From assembly GCA_004431415.1 (NCBI GenBank), contig QPMI01000472.1, forward strand, positions 221,851 through 285,850: a stretch of 64,000 nucleotides of DNA. The letters run 5' to 3'. Shown here one piece after another: positions 34,201 through 44,670 of the stretch (position 1 is the stretch's first letter; every line of letters begins with the position of its first letter). Source of the stretch: Cyanophora paradoxa CCMP329. Its lineage: Eukaryota; Plantae; Glaucophyta. Below the pieces are notes generated by a model. The model saw nothing but the letters and a program-made list of their open reading frames with translations, had not been told where the DNA came from and ran no database searches. Position numbers and translations under genes: made by a program.

Positions 34201-37055
34201 ATTCCGAAACGACCAACAATAGAATCAGGTAAACAATTGATTGTGGTAGTTACAGTTCCTACATCAACCCCATTTAATCCAACTGTATAGCTATCGGAGG
34301 TAACTGTATGATCTGTGTAATACCAATTATTAATCAAAGATGGGACAGTAAATGAAGGTTTTGTTTGCTGAGCATAATTTATACTGAACGAAACCATTCC
34401 AATTGATGTAGCAGAGAGATTACCAAAATCGGTTTTTCTTAGTGGAGAGGGAGATGTTCGTTCGAAGGTTAAATGAGTATCAGAAACGCTTGCTGAATAA
34501 TATTTACCAATGTAAAAATATGTAAAACCCGCTGACCAATCAACTGTTTTATCAGTCCAACTGCGAAAAGCGTTAGAAAATCTTCCTGTGGCTGCTGTAA
34601 TACTTATTTGGTTATTTATTTCCGGATTCAAAGTGTAAAGGGCATTTAATGAGTTTGTTGTAAGTGATGGAAATATTGACTTGTTTGGTGATCTATTATA
34701 CAAAACTTGACCATTGGCTGATGAACCGGGAACACCTGATGCTTTCCAAGCAAAAAGGCAATTTGGAATATTTGATGCCGGATCATCACTTGCTGTGATT
34801 TGATAGAAACTTTTTAGTATCTGTTCTTGCAATGTATTTACATTACTTGAGCCAATCGTGAGAATTCCGCTCACTTTAAGATTGCTGGTCTCAATATTGC
34901 TGCTGTAAATATTACTATTGACTCTTAGATTTCCTGTGATTGTCCCACCAACAAGCGGAAGATATTTTGAGAATTCATCTGCAAGTTCAGGTTTTGTTAC
35001 ATAATCTCCAAGCATAGCAAGAGTTACGAAATTTACAAGTATTACAGCAGTAAGGTAATCCTCTGTGACCACTCTTGATATATTCTCGTTGTGTATGTTT
35101 TTTGCAGCCATCCTCTGATTGGATTCCAGAACCCCACCATAATCTGTTTTAATCCATGCAAGCTCTGCCCTCCCATAGTTATCATTTGCAGTTCCCACTA
35201 TGGGAATATACGAATATTTATCTCGACTGAATACTATCATTGGTCTTGATCCATCCAAACTGCTCACATCTGCAACATGAACCTGTATAGCTGCATTGAA
35301 ATTTTGGTAGGTTGCTGGGTCTGTTGGAACTCTAAAAGTATCTGTGGGAATGTCAGCCTCCATGTAGCTTGACACAAAGATATTTGGTATGGTTGCTCCT
35401 GGTTCAGGTGGTGGATTATAAGAGCCTGGTAATGTTCTAATATGCAATGGTCCTATCATAGCTGAATTTGCAAGTGTCCCTTCCACATGAACATAGTGGT
35501 CATTCAAAAAGATCCTTTCAGGGACATTGCAAGTCTGGTAAAGAGAAACTCCCAGAGTAGCAAGAGGCTCAACTTTTGCGAATTCTGGTTGGTCATTGAT
35601 CTCATCCCAGGTGTGTTCATGGTTGCTTGCTGCAAACTTATCTGGAATCCCATCAATATCACCCCAATCATGCCTGTGGTCTTCTGGTGGGTATTTCTGT
35701 GGTTTGCCTAAGATCTCATCCCAGTCATGATTGTGATCCTCTGGGGGATACTTTGCAGGTTTATTATTAATTTGTTCATAATCAGGAAAGAACTCCCAGA
35801 TCTCAGGTCGAAATCCATCTGGTAATAATTCCTCATGGGGTTCATAAGGTTGCTCATAATCAACAGCTGGTGGATCATGCCCATCTGGCAAATACTCCTC
35901 ATCAGGTTCATAGTTCTGCTCATACTCAAACTCTTGGGGATCTAAGCCATCTGGTAGTATCTCCTCCTCATTGGGGTCAAACTGATCATATTCATATTCT
36001 TGTGGGTCAAAACCATCTGGTAAATATTCTTCCTCATCTGGAACGAATTGATATTCATCAAGCTCTAATATATCGACTTCAGGAGGTAAATACTGCTCAT
36101 CTATTTGCTTTCTGGTTCAATTATAGGTTTATTGCGAACTTGCTCCCAACTAACAATATGCTGCCCAAAGGCTACATCTTCAGTTGCTGTGTATTCTCTT
36201 CCAGGCTGTTTCTTTGGTGTTAAATCGGGAGGTCCATTTGGAAATGGAATAGGGAATGGACTGTTGGTCCATTGGGACCATAATGCTCGATTATTTCCCT
36301 TAGAGTTTTCTCACTCACAAGTTTCTCCCCATTTGCATACACATTGCTGCCATGGATATTTCGCCATTGCCTGGTTCGAATTCCAAGGTCTTTCACATTG
36401 CTATACAAAGGCAAAAGGTGCCTATCCATTTCGACTAAATCAGGGTGTAAATGGATTGCTACTGGTTGACTGGGGCTACTGTTGATTGTAATTGATGGCT
36501 TTTTTTGATGGACATCTTTTGGAGTAAAAAACCCAAAAGGCTCATTCCTCGCAAAGTCATATGTAATATCCTTGGGGTATACATCATTTGTGTAGGAGAC
36601 CTGATTTGTGTTGGCAATGGGACCCACTTGCAATACTTGGGGACCTCAGCTTTTGCAGTGCTGCCCTCATTGTAAATTCGCAAAGCTGTGTTCTGTTTGC
36701 CCTGCTCATCTTGAACATTGAAAATCAATCGACCACTATCGAACCTGGAAGGTATATCTGGGTGAGTGCCACTGGTTTTTAGTTTCCTAGGTCTCCTTCT
36801 TGTTGCTTTGATCTCTGCCACTTGGTTTGCTTTCACATTACCCAAACTAAAAGCAACACTGACCTCCTCTTTATCTGGATCGGTTTGATTCACAGATAAA
36901 GCATGCTCCCTTGATTGAGTCTTTGATGAATTATCAGAGCTGTGGTCAATTGAAACTGAACCCTTTACTTTAATATTATCAAAGTTCACATGCTTGGTGC
37001 TGCTTGCATTATCATCTTGAATGGTTTCTAGATTGGGTGGGTAATTGAAGCTCAT
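31230..37055 (-). CDS. Giant phage-like tail fibre with HxH repeats, a LamG-like domain and a C-terminal peptidase-S74-type intramolecular chaperone (5' part frameshifted; ORF 31230-35891 intact)
   Basis: SDRRYKTDI...GLIAQDVQKVIPEVV...LEYTGLIPVLIEAVKEL plus coiled coil; HxH repeats; ELLVFNRALTVAEKQQV. Confidence 0.85.
33760..33955 (-). repeat. 36-bp coding tandem repeat (FAHQHLKADITD x4 plus degenerate copies)
   Basis: TGTGCAAAATCGGTAATATCTGCTTTAAGATGCTGG-like unit repeated. Confidence 0.9.
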
Positions 37056-37098
37056 GGCTTTTACTATATGGATTTATAAAATTCCTGATAAGTAAAAG

Positions 37099-38655
37099 AT
37101 GCCTCTCAAGGTCGTTTTAAGTCTTTCTGGCGGGGGTGCAAGGGGCATTATCATAACCAGGCTGCTCAAAGAAATCGAAAATCGAACTGGCAGGAGAATA
37201 ATCGATCTTGTGGATCTTGTGAGTGGAACTTCCACTGGTGGGATCATTGCAATAGGTTTGAATATAAGGCATCCTGATAGACCAGGTGAACCTAAACTGA
37301 CAGCGAACGATTTACACAATATTTACCTAACTCAACTGCCTTTGATTTTCGCAAATCCTCGAAATATCATTGAAAATGCCCTATTTAACACAAAGTATGA
37401 TGTGGGACCCTTGGAGACTGCAATCAATTCAGTTACTGGGGAATCACTAATACAGGATTCCCTAAAGGACATTGTGATCACATCCTTTGATACTCAGAAT
37501 ATGAAACCAATATTTATCACAAATGATAACAATTACAGCTTTCTGCCTTGTAAGATTGCTGCTAGGGCTACCTCTGCTGCTCCTACATATTTCTCTCCTG
37601 TAAGCATTGTTGATTTCAATCGGGGAGTATTTGTCTGTCTCATTGATGGTGCCATTTCGGGAAACAATAATCCCAGTGTGTGTGGTTACAGCCATGCAAA
37701 GAAGATTTACAGTGATGATGATGATATTATAGTAATAAGCATCTCTTGTGGAGAGGTGGACCCACATTTAGAGTCTGATTATGTGGGTTATGCTTATGAG
37801 ACTGTGAACAGCTGGGGCATTCTCTCATGGATTGCCTCAACAGATGGAAGCCCATTGATTAACATGCTCATGGCTGCAAGTGAGCTTTCTGCCCTTGATA
37901 AGATGGAGGAGTTGTTACCCTACAACTATGATCAGGATTATGGGAGATACTATAGGCTATCAGTCCCACTTCCAAATCATATAGTAAGCTCCCTGGATGA
38001 CACTTCTAAAATCCCAGACATGCTTGCATTCACTGAAACCTACATAGCAGCAAACAATGATATGATTAATAAGCTTTGCAGCCTACTAGTAGCAAACTAT
38101 GAACTGAAGAACCCTTCAAAGGCTTACATTTCATCCACTCTCACTACATCACCTCCTTTGGATGCCAATTGGTATCAGCTTTCAGATGATGCCTTTACTG
38201 CCTCATCCTCTGTGACAGGTAAAGAGCCTTTCATGGCTAGACCTTCAGCATTTGGCTGGGAAGCTGGAGCCTATGCTCCTGAACAGATATGGGAAACCCC
38301 CACTGAATACCTTCAAGTTGCTTTCCCATATACTTTTGAACTCTCTTCTGTGATTGCATATGGATCAGGGGACACCAATGCTTTTATTAAGACTTTCAAT
38401 GTGGCAACATCCACTGATGGGATCAACTGGTCTTTTATTCGATTAGATGGGCAGAACAAAATATATGTCTGTGAGAACATTAACAATGCTCACAACTCAG
38501 GTGATATGGCTCTGTTGAGTGGATTTCCTCTCAGCATCAAAGATGCTTTTTACATAGGTTATTCTCTCAGAATCAAATATATTCGCATTTATCCCCTTGT
38601 GTATGTGAATGCTCCCACAATGAGAGTTGACTTTACAGGTGCCTTTATTCGATAA
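37099..38655 (+). CDS. Patatin-like phospholipase fused to a C-terminal F5/8 type C (discoidin)-like domain
   Basis: LSLSGGGARG, SGTSTGG, ARATSAAPTYF, LIDGA; C-terminus FTASSS...EYLQVAF...STDGINW...KYIRIYP. Confidence 0.9.
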   Translation: MPLKVVLSLSGGGARGIIITRLLKEIENRTGRRIIDLVDLVSGTSTGGIIAIGLNIRHPDRPGEPKLTANDLHNIYLTQLPLIFANPRNIIENALFNTKYDVGPLETAINSVTGESLIQDSLKDIVITSFDTQNMKPIFITNDNNYSFLPCKIAARATSAAPTYFSPVSIVDFNRGVFVCLIDGAISGNNNPSVCGYSHAKKIYSDDDDIIVISISCGEVDPHLESDYVGYAYETVNSWGILSWIASTDGSPLINMLMAASELSALDKMEELLPYNYDQDYGRYYRLSVPLPNHIVSSLDDTSKIPDMLAFTETYIAANNDMINKLCSLLVANYELKNPSKAYISSTLTTSPPLDANWYQLSDDAFTASSSVTGKEPFMARPSAFGWEAGAYAPEQIWETPTEYLQVAFPYTFELSSVIAYGSGDTNAFIKTFNVATSTDGINWSFIRLDGQNKIYVCENINNAHNSGDMALLSGFPLSIKDAFYIGYSLRIKYIRIYPLVYVNAPTMRVDFTGAFIR

Positions 38656-39576
38656 ACTCCAACTGAAACGAATTATCGATTCCATTCATATCAATCAGTT
38701 CACCAAAGTAATCTTTAAACTCAACTGTGAGTTCCCTTATCACCAGGTTTCGGTCATTTATCTGAATGAATTCTGCATGCTCACCACTATGGTAAACATA
38801 GCCACCTATATCCTTACTCAATTGTAATCTAAGGATAGCCCCCTGGTTATGTGGTTGCGATTTCGGGATTATATTGTGTCTGCTGGCAAAGGGGGACAGC
38901 TCTTTAATATGCATGTACAGATACTGCTCAGCATTCATATCAGACATCTTCCTGCTGTCAAAATAATATTGCAAGGGCTTAGATGAGAGTCTGGGTCCCG
39001 AAAAGGTGGTTCCCCATGCTGGGTGATCAGGTGTAATAGGTTTGCCATCATACTTTAACAGGTTCTCAGGTCGATAGGGTGATCCACCAACAGGAGGAGT
39101 GCTATAATACCCATTGGTGTATTCAGTAGAACTCACACCCAAAAGCTTCCCTATTCTCTGGTTGCTTGCAATAAAACGAAACTCATGGTTACTGTAAAAC
39201 TCCACTTTATAGGTAGTTGGGTTATAGAATATCTTGAACTCAAAAGCTACTGTTTTGCCTGCAATGGTTTGGAAGCTTGAATAGTTCAGCCCATAATTAT
39301 AAGGGTGTGTTACCCAAAATGACCCTGGTTAATGTAGCCACTGGGAAGGGGATACACTTTCTGTGTGATGATTTCATTGTATGAACCATCTTGGTAATTA
39401 AACTGAACTGTTAGATGATCAGTTCCCACACTGTTATAGATACTGTTTGGAATCTCTGCATAGAGAACCCTACATTCCCTTGGTCTCTCTACTGGAGTTG
39501 TGAGAGTGACCCTGTAAGAGTTTTCATTTTGTCCTTGGCTTCTATCCCTGCTATCAATATTAACAAGTCGATTCAT
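38645..39576 (-). CDS. Minor capsid (penton) protein 1, frameshifted
   Basis: N-terminal VNIDSRDR..NSYRVTL...AEIPNSIYN; C-terminal ELTVEFKDYFGELIDMNGIDNSFQLEF. Confidence 0.78.
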
Positions 39577-39605
39577 TTTAATATATAAATATAGATAAAA
39601 GAAGA

Positions 39606-40615
39606 ATGCCTGTGGATTACATCGAGGTTAGCTCATTTAATACAATCTCTGGTGATGGTCCCACATCAAGCTTTGTGGCTAGACTCCCAAGTTCTTATGA
39701 GAATGTGAGGGCTGTGAGACTGGTATCAGCCGAATTTTATAACAGCATCCCTATGGTGAGTGGTGAAACCAAAGTTGGAGATGTGACAGTTGACAATGCA
39801 TTTAGCATTTATTATTCTGAACAAACTCCTGGAGCTGGAAGCTCAGGAATTCCAACAGTTCGCCCAGCTGCTGACTATGAACAATGGAAACAATTCATTA
39901 TAAGTCGAAACACCCCATCCAAAGCCACCAACAACTGGTGAATGTAATTAACTCTAAATTCGAAGGCAGAAATCCCCAACCATCCATTCGCTGCAAATGG
40001 GATGAATCACTGAAACGAATTATATTCCACTCAGCAGTACCATTTTACTTGGCTTTCTCAGTAGCTGTGAACCCAAGCCAACAAACAATCCAAAAGCTGT
40101 TGAGTTCAGCTAGACTGCTGGGTCTTGATCCTGGAAGATATGGTAACTCCCCAATCCAATCACAGGTCTATGATGCTCTCACTGATGGAATCTTTACTGG
40201 TGGTCGAGTGAATGGCATTATATCTTCTTTTGAGCCTGAGAAGACCAGGGACAGTGTTTTGTTTGTGAGAGTAAAGGAGCTGGGTGATCTGGTGCAATGT
40301 GGGGATGGTCTTCTGACTGGTTACTTCCATAAAATAGTGGTCCCTGACAAAGATTATGGTGAGCATGTAGTTTACAATTCGACAGAGGCTCATCCACTTT
40401 ACAAATACTATAATAAGAAGGTTGGATTATCCACTTTCTCGGTTGATATTGTAAATGCTATTAATGAACCAATTGATTTTGAGGGTCAACCTGTTCATCT
40501 GACCTTTGAAATTCGCTATGGTGATGAGCCAGCAGGAGACCCAGTTTATGAATACTTTAAGATGCGAATGTCACAGCTTCACCCTTCCTATCCAGTAATT
40601 ACAAGCTTCGCATAA
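39606..40615 (+). CDS. Minor capsid (penton) protein 2, frameshifted
   Basis: SSFVARLPSSYENVRAVRLVSAEFYNS...; C-terminal FSVDIVNAINEPIDFEGQPVHLTFEI. Confidence 0.75.
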
Positions 40616-40668
40616 ATTAAGGATCATTGGTAGATTTTTTATGTTGCAGTATAATAAAAGAGATAATC

Positions 40669-42030
40669 ATGGATATCACTTCCACTCTTCAAAGACTTTC
40701 GCTGAAAGAAGCCCTAACAACCCAGAGGAGGCGAAAGCCTTTTTCCTGGATAACTCCCTTATGCTTGGACTCGAATCCAAGTCTAAGCCAGTTCTAGTTG
40801 TTGTGAATCCCAGCAATACTTTTGAGAATAATGTTGGAAATCGCATTTCCTTCAAGCTACCTCGCTACAATTTCTGTGGAAAACTCGAACTTGCTTTCGA
40901 CCTACCAGAAATCACTTTTGCTGGTGAAGATCTAGTTCGCAATGGATACACTCGCCCAGTTGGTGCTTTAGTTCAGCGACTTGAAATTACCTATGGATCT
41001 TACACCTACCACATTCCTTCTGATTTCCTTGCTCATTTCCCCTGGTCTATTATTCGGAGGATCAACTAGCTAAAAAGAAACGCTCAATGGGCATGGTTCA
41101 TGGAATCCCTGCTCATGGAACCAACCGACTTGGTGGCTCATTTTTCGTTGAAATCCCAGTGCCTTGGCTAAATCACTATCTTCCCTTGGTGCTTTATCTG
41201 GTGAAATGGTTGTTACTGTTTGGTTTAAGGATGCTGGAAAGGGTTATGTTGAAACTTCCTATGGTGGTCGCTCTCTCCTGTTGTTGGTGGACAGCTGCTG
41301 ATAAGACAGAAGATGATGGTCTTGGTGATACTGCTAATGCTACACTTGCCCATGTTGGTCAAAACATCACCACTTTCAGTCTTGGTGCAACAACCCTGCT
41401 ATTTCAATTACTTCTCCTCGCCTTTACATGCATGCTATTAATGTTTCTGATGAGCTTTTCGCTACTGTAATTGAAAAAGTAAAGACTACTGGCATGGCTA
41501 TTCCCTCCCTTGATATTGGATTTGTAGATGCCATTGCTTTCCCTGCCAAGGGCAATGCCCAGCCCAATCGAATTAACCTCTCTCAAATCTCAGGTCTTGT
41601 CTATGCTCTGCTTGTTTCAGTTCGTGATTATGAGACTGTTGACAAATCCAATGGCTCCCACAGTGTTCTTAAGACCTATGCCAACTCCAAAGAGATAACA
41701 TTCACAACTGAAATAAATGGACAGCGACTTTTTGCCACTGAGCCAATTTCTCTACTCAAAGGAGCTGAGCTAATTGCTGATGCCTTCAAATGCTCTAACA
41801 TGGATAAGGTTGCAGATAAATATGTCCTTTCAGGACTCCCATTCTGCCTTGATGGAGAAAAGGCAATTCGAAATATTGCTCAAAGTGGATTTGTAGACCT
41901 GACTAATTCCTCATCTTCATTCCTCACACTCTACATGCCCACAGATAAGACAATCAATGTTCAAGTTCGCGCTTTAATGCATAGTTTCCTCATTATAGAC
42001 GGTTCAGGTGTTCGTAGAATCAATTTATAG
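40669..42030 (+). CDS. Double-jelly-roll major capsid protein (split by frameshifts)
   Basis: ISFKLPRYNFCGKLELAFDLP..GALVQRLEITYG; C-terminal INGQRLF..LPFCL..QSGFVDLTN..LTL..VRALMHSFLII; size and position between pentons and ATPase. Confidence 0.68.
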
Positions 42031-42089
42031 ACCATATTCAGTCTCCCTGCATTATTTTTATCTGTCTTTATTTAGGAAGATCTACAACA

Positions 42090-42777
42090 ATGCAAGATTT
42101 AGAAGAGTTTAATGTTTCTGAAATGATAAAAGGTGTTTTCAGAGCCATTTTATAGGCAAAAGTTGTACGGGAAAAGCGAATGTGTAAAGTATTGGTTAAA
42201 GCAATTACATGATGCCAAAGTTATTGATGTTGTCCTAGTTGTGAGTGGGACCAGCTTTAATCATTTCTGGAGAGAGGTTGCAACAGTAGAACTTGGTAAA
42301 TGGGATGCTGGTTACATTTCAAAGCTTTTGGATGAAAGGCAGGAGAAAATCGAAAAAGGTGAACCTGTGAACCACATGTGTGTTGTTTTAGATGATTTAA
42401 TTGATAATGAGATAGTCGATCTCACAAGGGATAAAATAATCGGATCCTTGTATTCCAGAGGTCGCCATTCGAAAATATCCATTATCTGCATTACACAGAA
42501 ACTCAGAAAAGTCTCTTCCACTATTCGAGTTAATTCTGATTATGCTGTTTTCCTAAGTGCTGCTAATCGCAAAGAACTTGAAGCCATAGAGGAAGAATAC
42601 AATATAATGCGAAATAAAGAGGATTTCTACAAGATGTTTGAAGAGTATGTTCACTCCTATCAGTATATCGTTTGGTCCTCTGCTGGCTACTCAGTTAAAT
42701 ACTTTGTTGATAAAGCGGACCTTGTGAAAGATTTCCATTCCTCGCTTCCACAGGAAGCCCAAAAAGAAAGAAGATGA
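42090..42777 (+). CDS. A32-like (FtsK/HerA) genome-packaging ATPase
   Basis: Walker A IGKSCTGKS is restored by adding one base to each of two homopolymers; VVLDDL Walker B; SRGRHSKISIICITQ. Confidence 0.88.
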
Positions 42778-42894
42778 GCTGAAACCCCAGAGAAAGAGGA
42801 AGCCCCAAAGAAGTGAAGAGCCAAGTCCATAGCAATAAATTGATGCGATATAAACGCGGTTTATAAAATTATCTCTCATTCTAATAAAGATACA

Positions 42895-43575
42895 ATGCCT
42901 CCCAAACGAAAGATAGGGATCCCAGCTGGGGCTGTTGGCTATTCAGGTGGTGGAAACAGTGGATCTATTAACACTGAACCAATGAAATTCAATGGTATGA
43001 ACGAAATCAAACCCTCACAACCCAAGAAGACCCCTTAATGCTGCCTATGAGGAATCAGTCGATGACAAAGCCCACAAGTTCAACTGCTGACCAACTGAAC
43101 ATTTCCCTGAGACAGCAAAGATGAAGTCTGTTGCTGAGGGTGCCAGGCGAATTATTGGTGCTGCTGATGACAAAGGTTTAGGCTTGCAAGATCTTTCACT
43201 GGCTCGCAAAGGTGAGGGTCTTAGTAAGGAATCAGACAAGGTAATTCAGTCTATGGCTGGTGAAGTCACATACAAGACTGCTCCCACTCAAAATATTCAT
43301 CGAATTCCCAAGGCTCAATGGGATGAGATGACTGCTAAACTCAAAGATCTGGAAGCCAAATCAAGTGCTTGGAGCAGTATGTTACTGAGAAGAAAGAGAG
43401 AGCCAAGCTAAAGGAGATGCTTCGAAAGGAAGTTTATAAAATGGGAATCACTGGTGTCCCAGATAAACAGTTTATTGCTAAGAAAGAGAACCAAATCGAT
43501 GAGCAGGCAGTAGATGAAATGAAAACAAAACCCAAAAGGGAACCATTGAACCTGGTGCCACCAAAGCTGAAGTAG
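42895..43575 (+). CDS. Hypothetical Lys/Glu-rich protein(s), frameshifted
   Basis: ATG at 42895 (MPPKRK...), continuing into ORFs 43121-43411 and 43369-43575. Confidence 0.5.
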
Positions 43576-43899
43576 AAAAGGGAGTTGCCCCAACAGTATA
43601 TAAAAGACGAGTTTGGCTTTAATTTTCTCTGTTTTATTAGAGATATGGACATAATACGAAAGTTCTTCGAGATGTTCAGTCTGCATGTGGTGAGCAATTG
43701 CCACAGTGGATGTTGTGAGACAACAGTGGAGTTTGAGATGTCAGATAATGAGGATAATGCTCAGAAGCAAGAGAGAGAAGGAGGTCTACAGTTTCTGTGG
43801 AGTCAATGCCAGCAGACCCCACAGAGTATACATATGAGCAACAGGAGTATCCAAGGAGAAGTTCTCTGTCAGCAGAAAACGTTTTCTCAGCAAATATTA

Positions 43900-44148
43900 A
43901 TGGAGGATACAATTAGTTTGATCGAGTTTACCAGTGATGAGCCTTTAACTGAGGGTGCTATTAGACACATTCTAGCAATGCAGAAACGATATAGAGAGGA
44001 CCCAGAATATAGAGAGTATAAAAAGCAGCAAGCCTTGGCATCCTATTATCGAAGAAAAGCCCAAAAAGAGGAGCAGAGACCAGAGGTAGACCAATTAAAT
44101 ATTATTTGCCAACTGAAAGTAGCAATGGACCCCAGGTCTATAAGATAA
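43900..44148 (+). CDS. Small hypothetical basic-helical protein
   Basis: 3' part of ORF 43585-44148 from MEDTIS; QKRYREDPEYREYKKQQALASYYRRK. Confidence 0.45.
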   Translation: MEDTISLIEFTSDEPLTEGAIRHILAMQKRYREDPEYREYKKQQALASYYRRKAQKEEQRPEVDQLNIICQLKVAMDPRSIR

Positions 44149-44184
44149 TTGAGAAAAAGCGGTCTCAGTATGCCACTGAGGCAG

Positions 44185-44451
44185 CTATAAAAATATATAC
44201 AAAGGAATTGGCTTTATACTTGCAATCAAGTCACAGATAAGTTTTGTAAATATGCTTTTGTTGTTTTTGTTTGCATTCTCAGACACTGAAACAGTAATGT
44301 GAATGTTTACTGATCTATTTCTCTTTGGTTTAGCTGCATACATATTGTAACCTATCAATCTCTGTGACATTTCGATATATGCTCCAATATCTCCATGCTT
44401 AATGCATTTATCTAACTCAGTCATGGTCATCTCATCAAGAGTCTTTGCCAT
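44185..44451 (-). CDS. Small hypothetical protein
   Basis: MAKTLDEMT... ORF. Confidence 0.4.
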   Translation of the reverse strand: MAKTLDEMTMTELDKCIKHGDIGAYIEMSQRLIGYNMYAAKPKRNRSVNIHITVSVSENANKNNKSIFTKLICDLIASIKPIPLYIFL

Positions 44452-44517
44452 TTTGTCTTCACTATACACAATCAAGTAAGCCTTAAGTATTCTTGTCAAA
44501 TTTTGGTCTTTTCGATA

Positions 44518-44629
44518 GGTGTGACAGGTGTGACAGGTCTATCCCATCGATTTTGAAAATCAACTTTTCACCAGGGCTTTCCTTGGGATGGACCTGTCAC
44601 ACCTGTCACACAAACCATTTTCAGTAAGG
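44518..44629. repeat. Internal copy of the TIR TGTGACAGG...CCTGTCACA inverted motif, just downstream of the helicase gene
   Basis: Arms and spacer resemble 27681-27800. Confidence 0.85.
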
Positions 44630-44670
44630 CTATAAAAATATATGTAAATCTCAATCATTAATCGTTTTCT

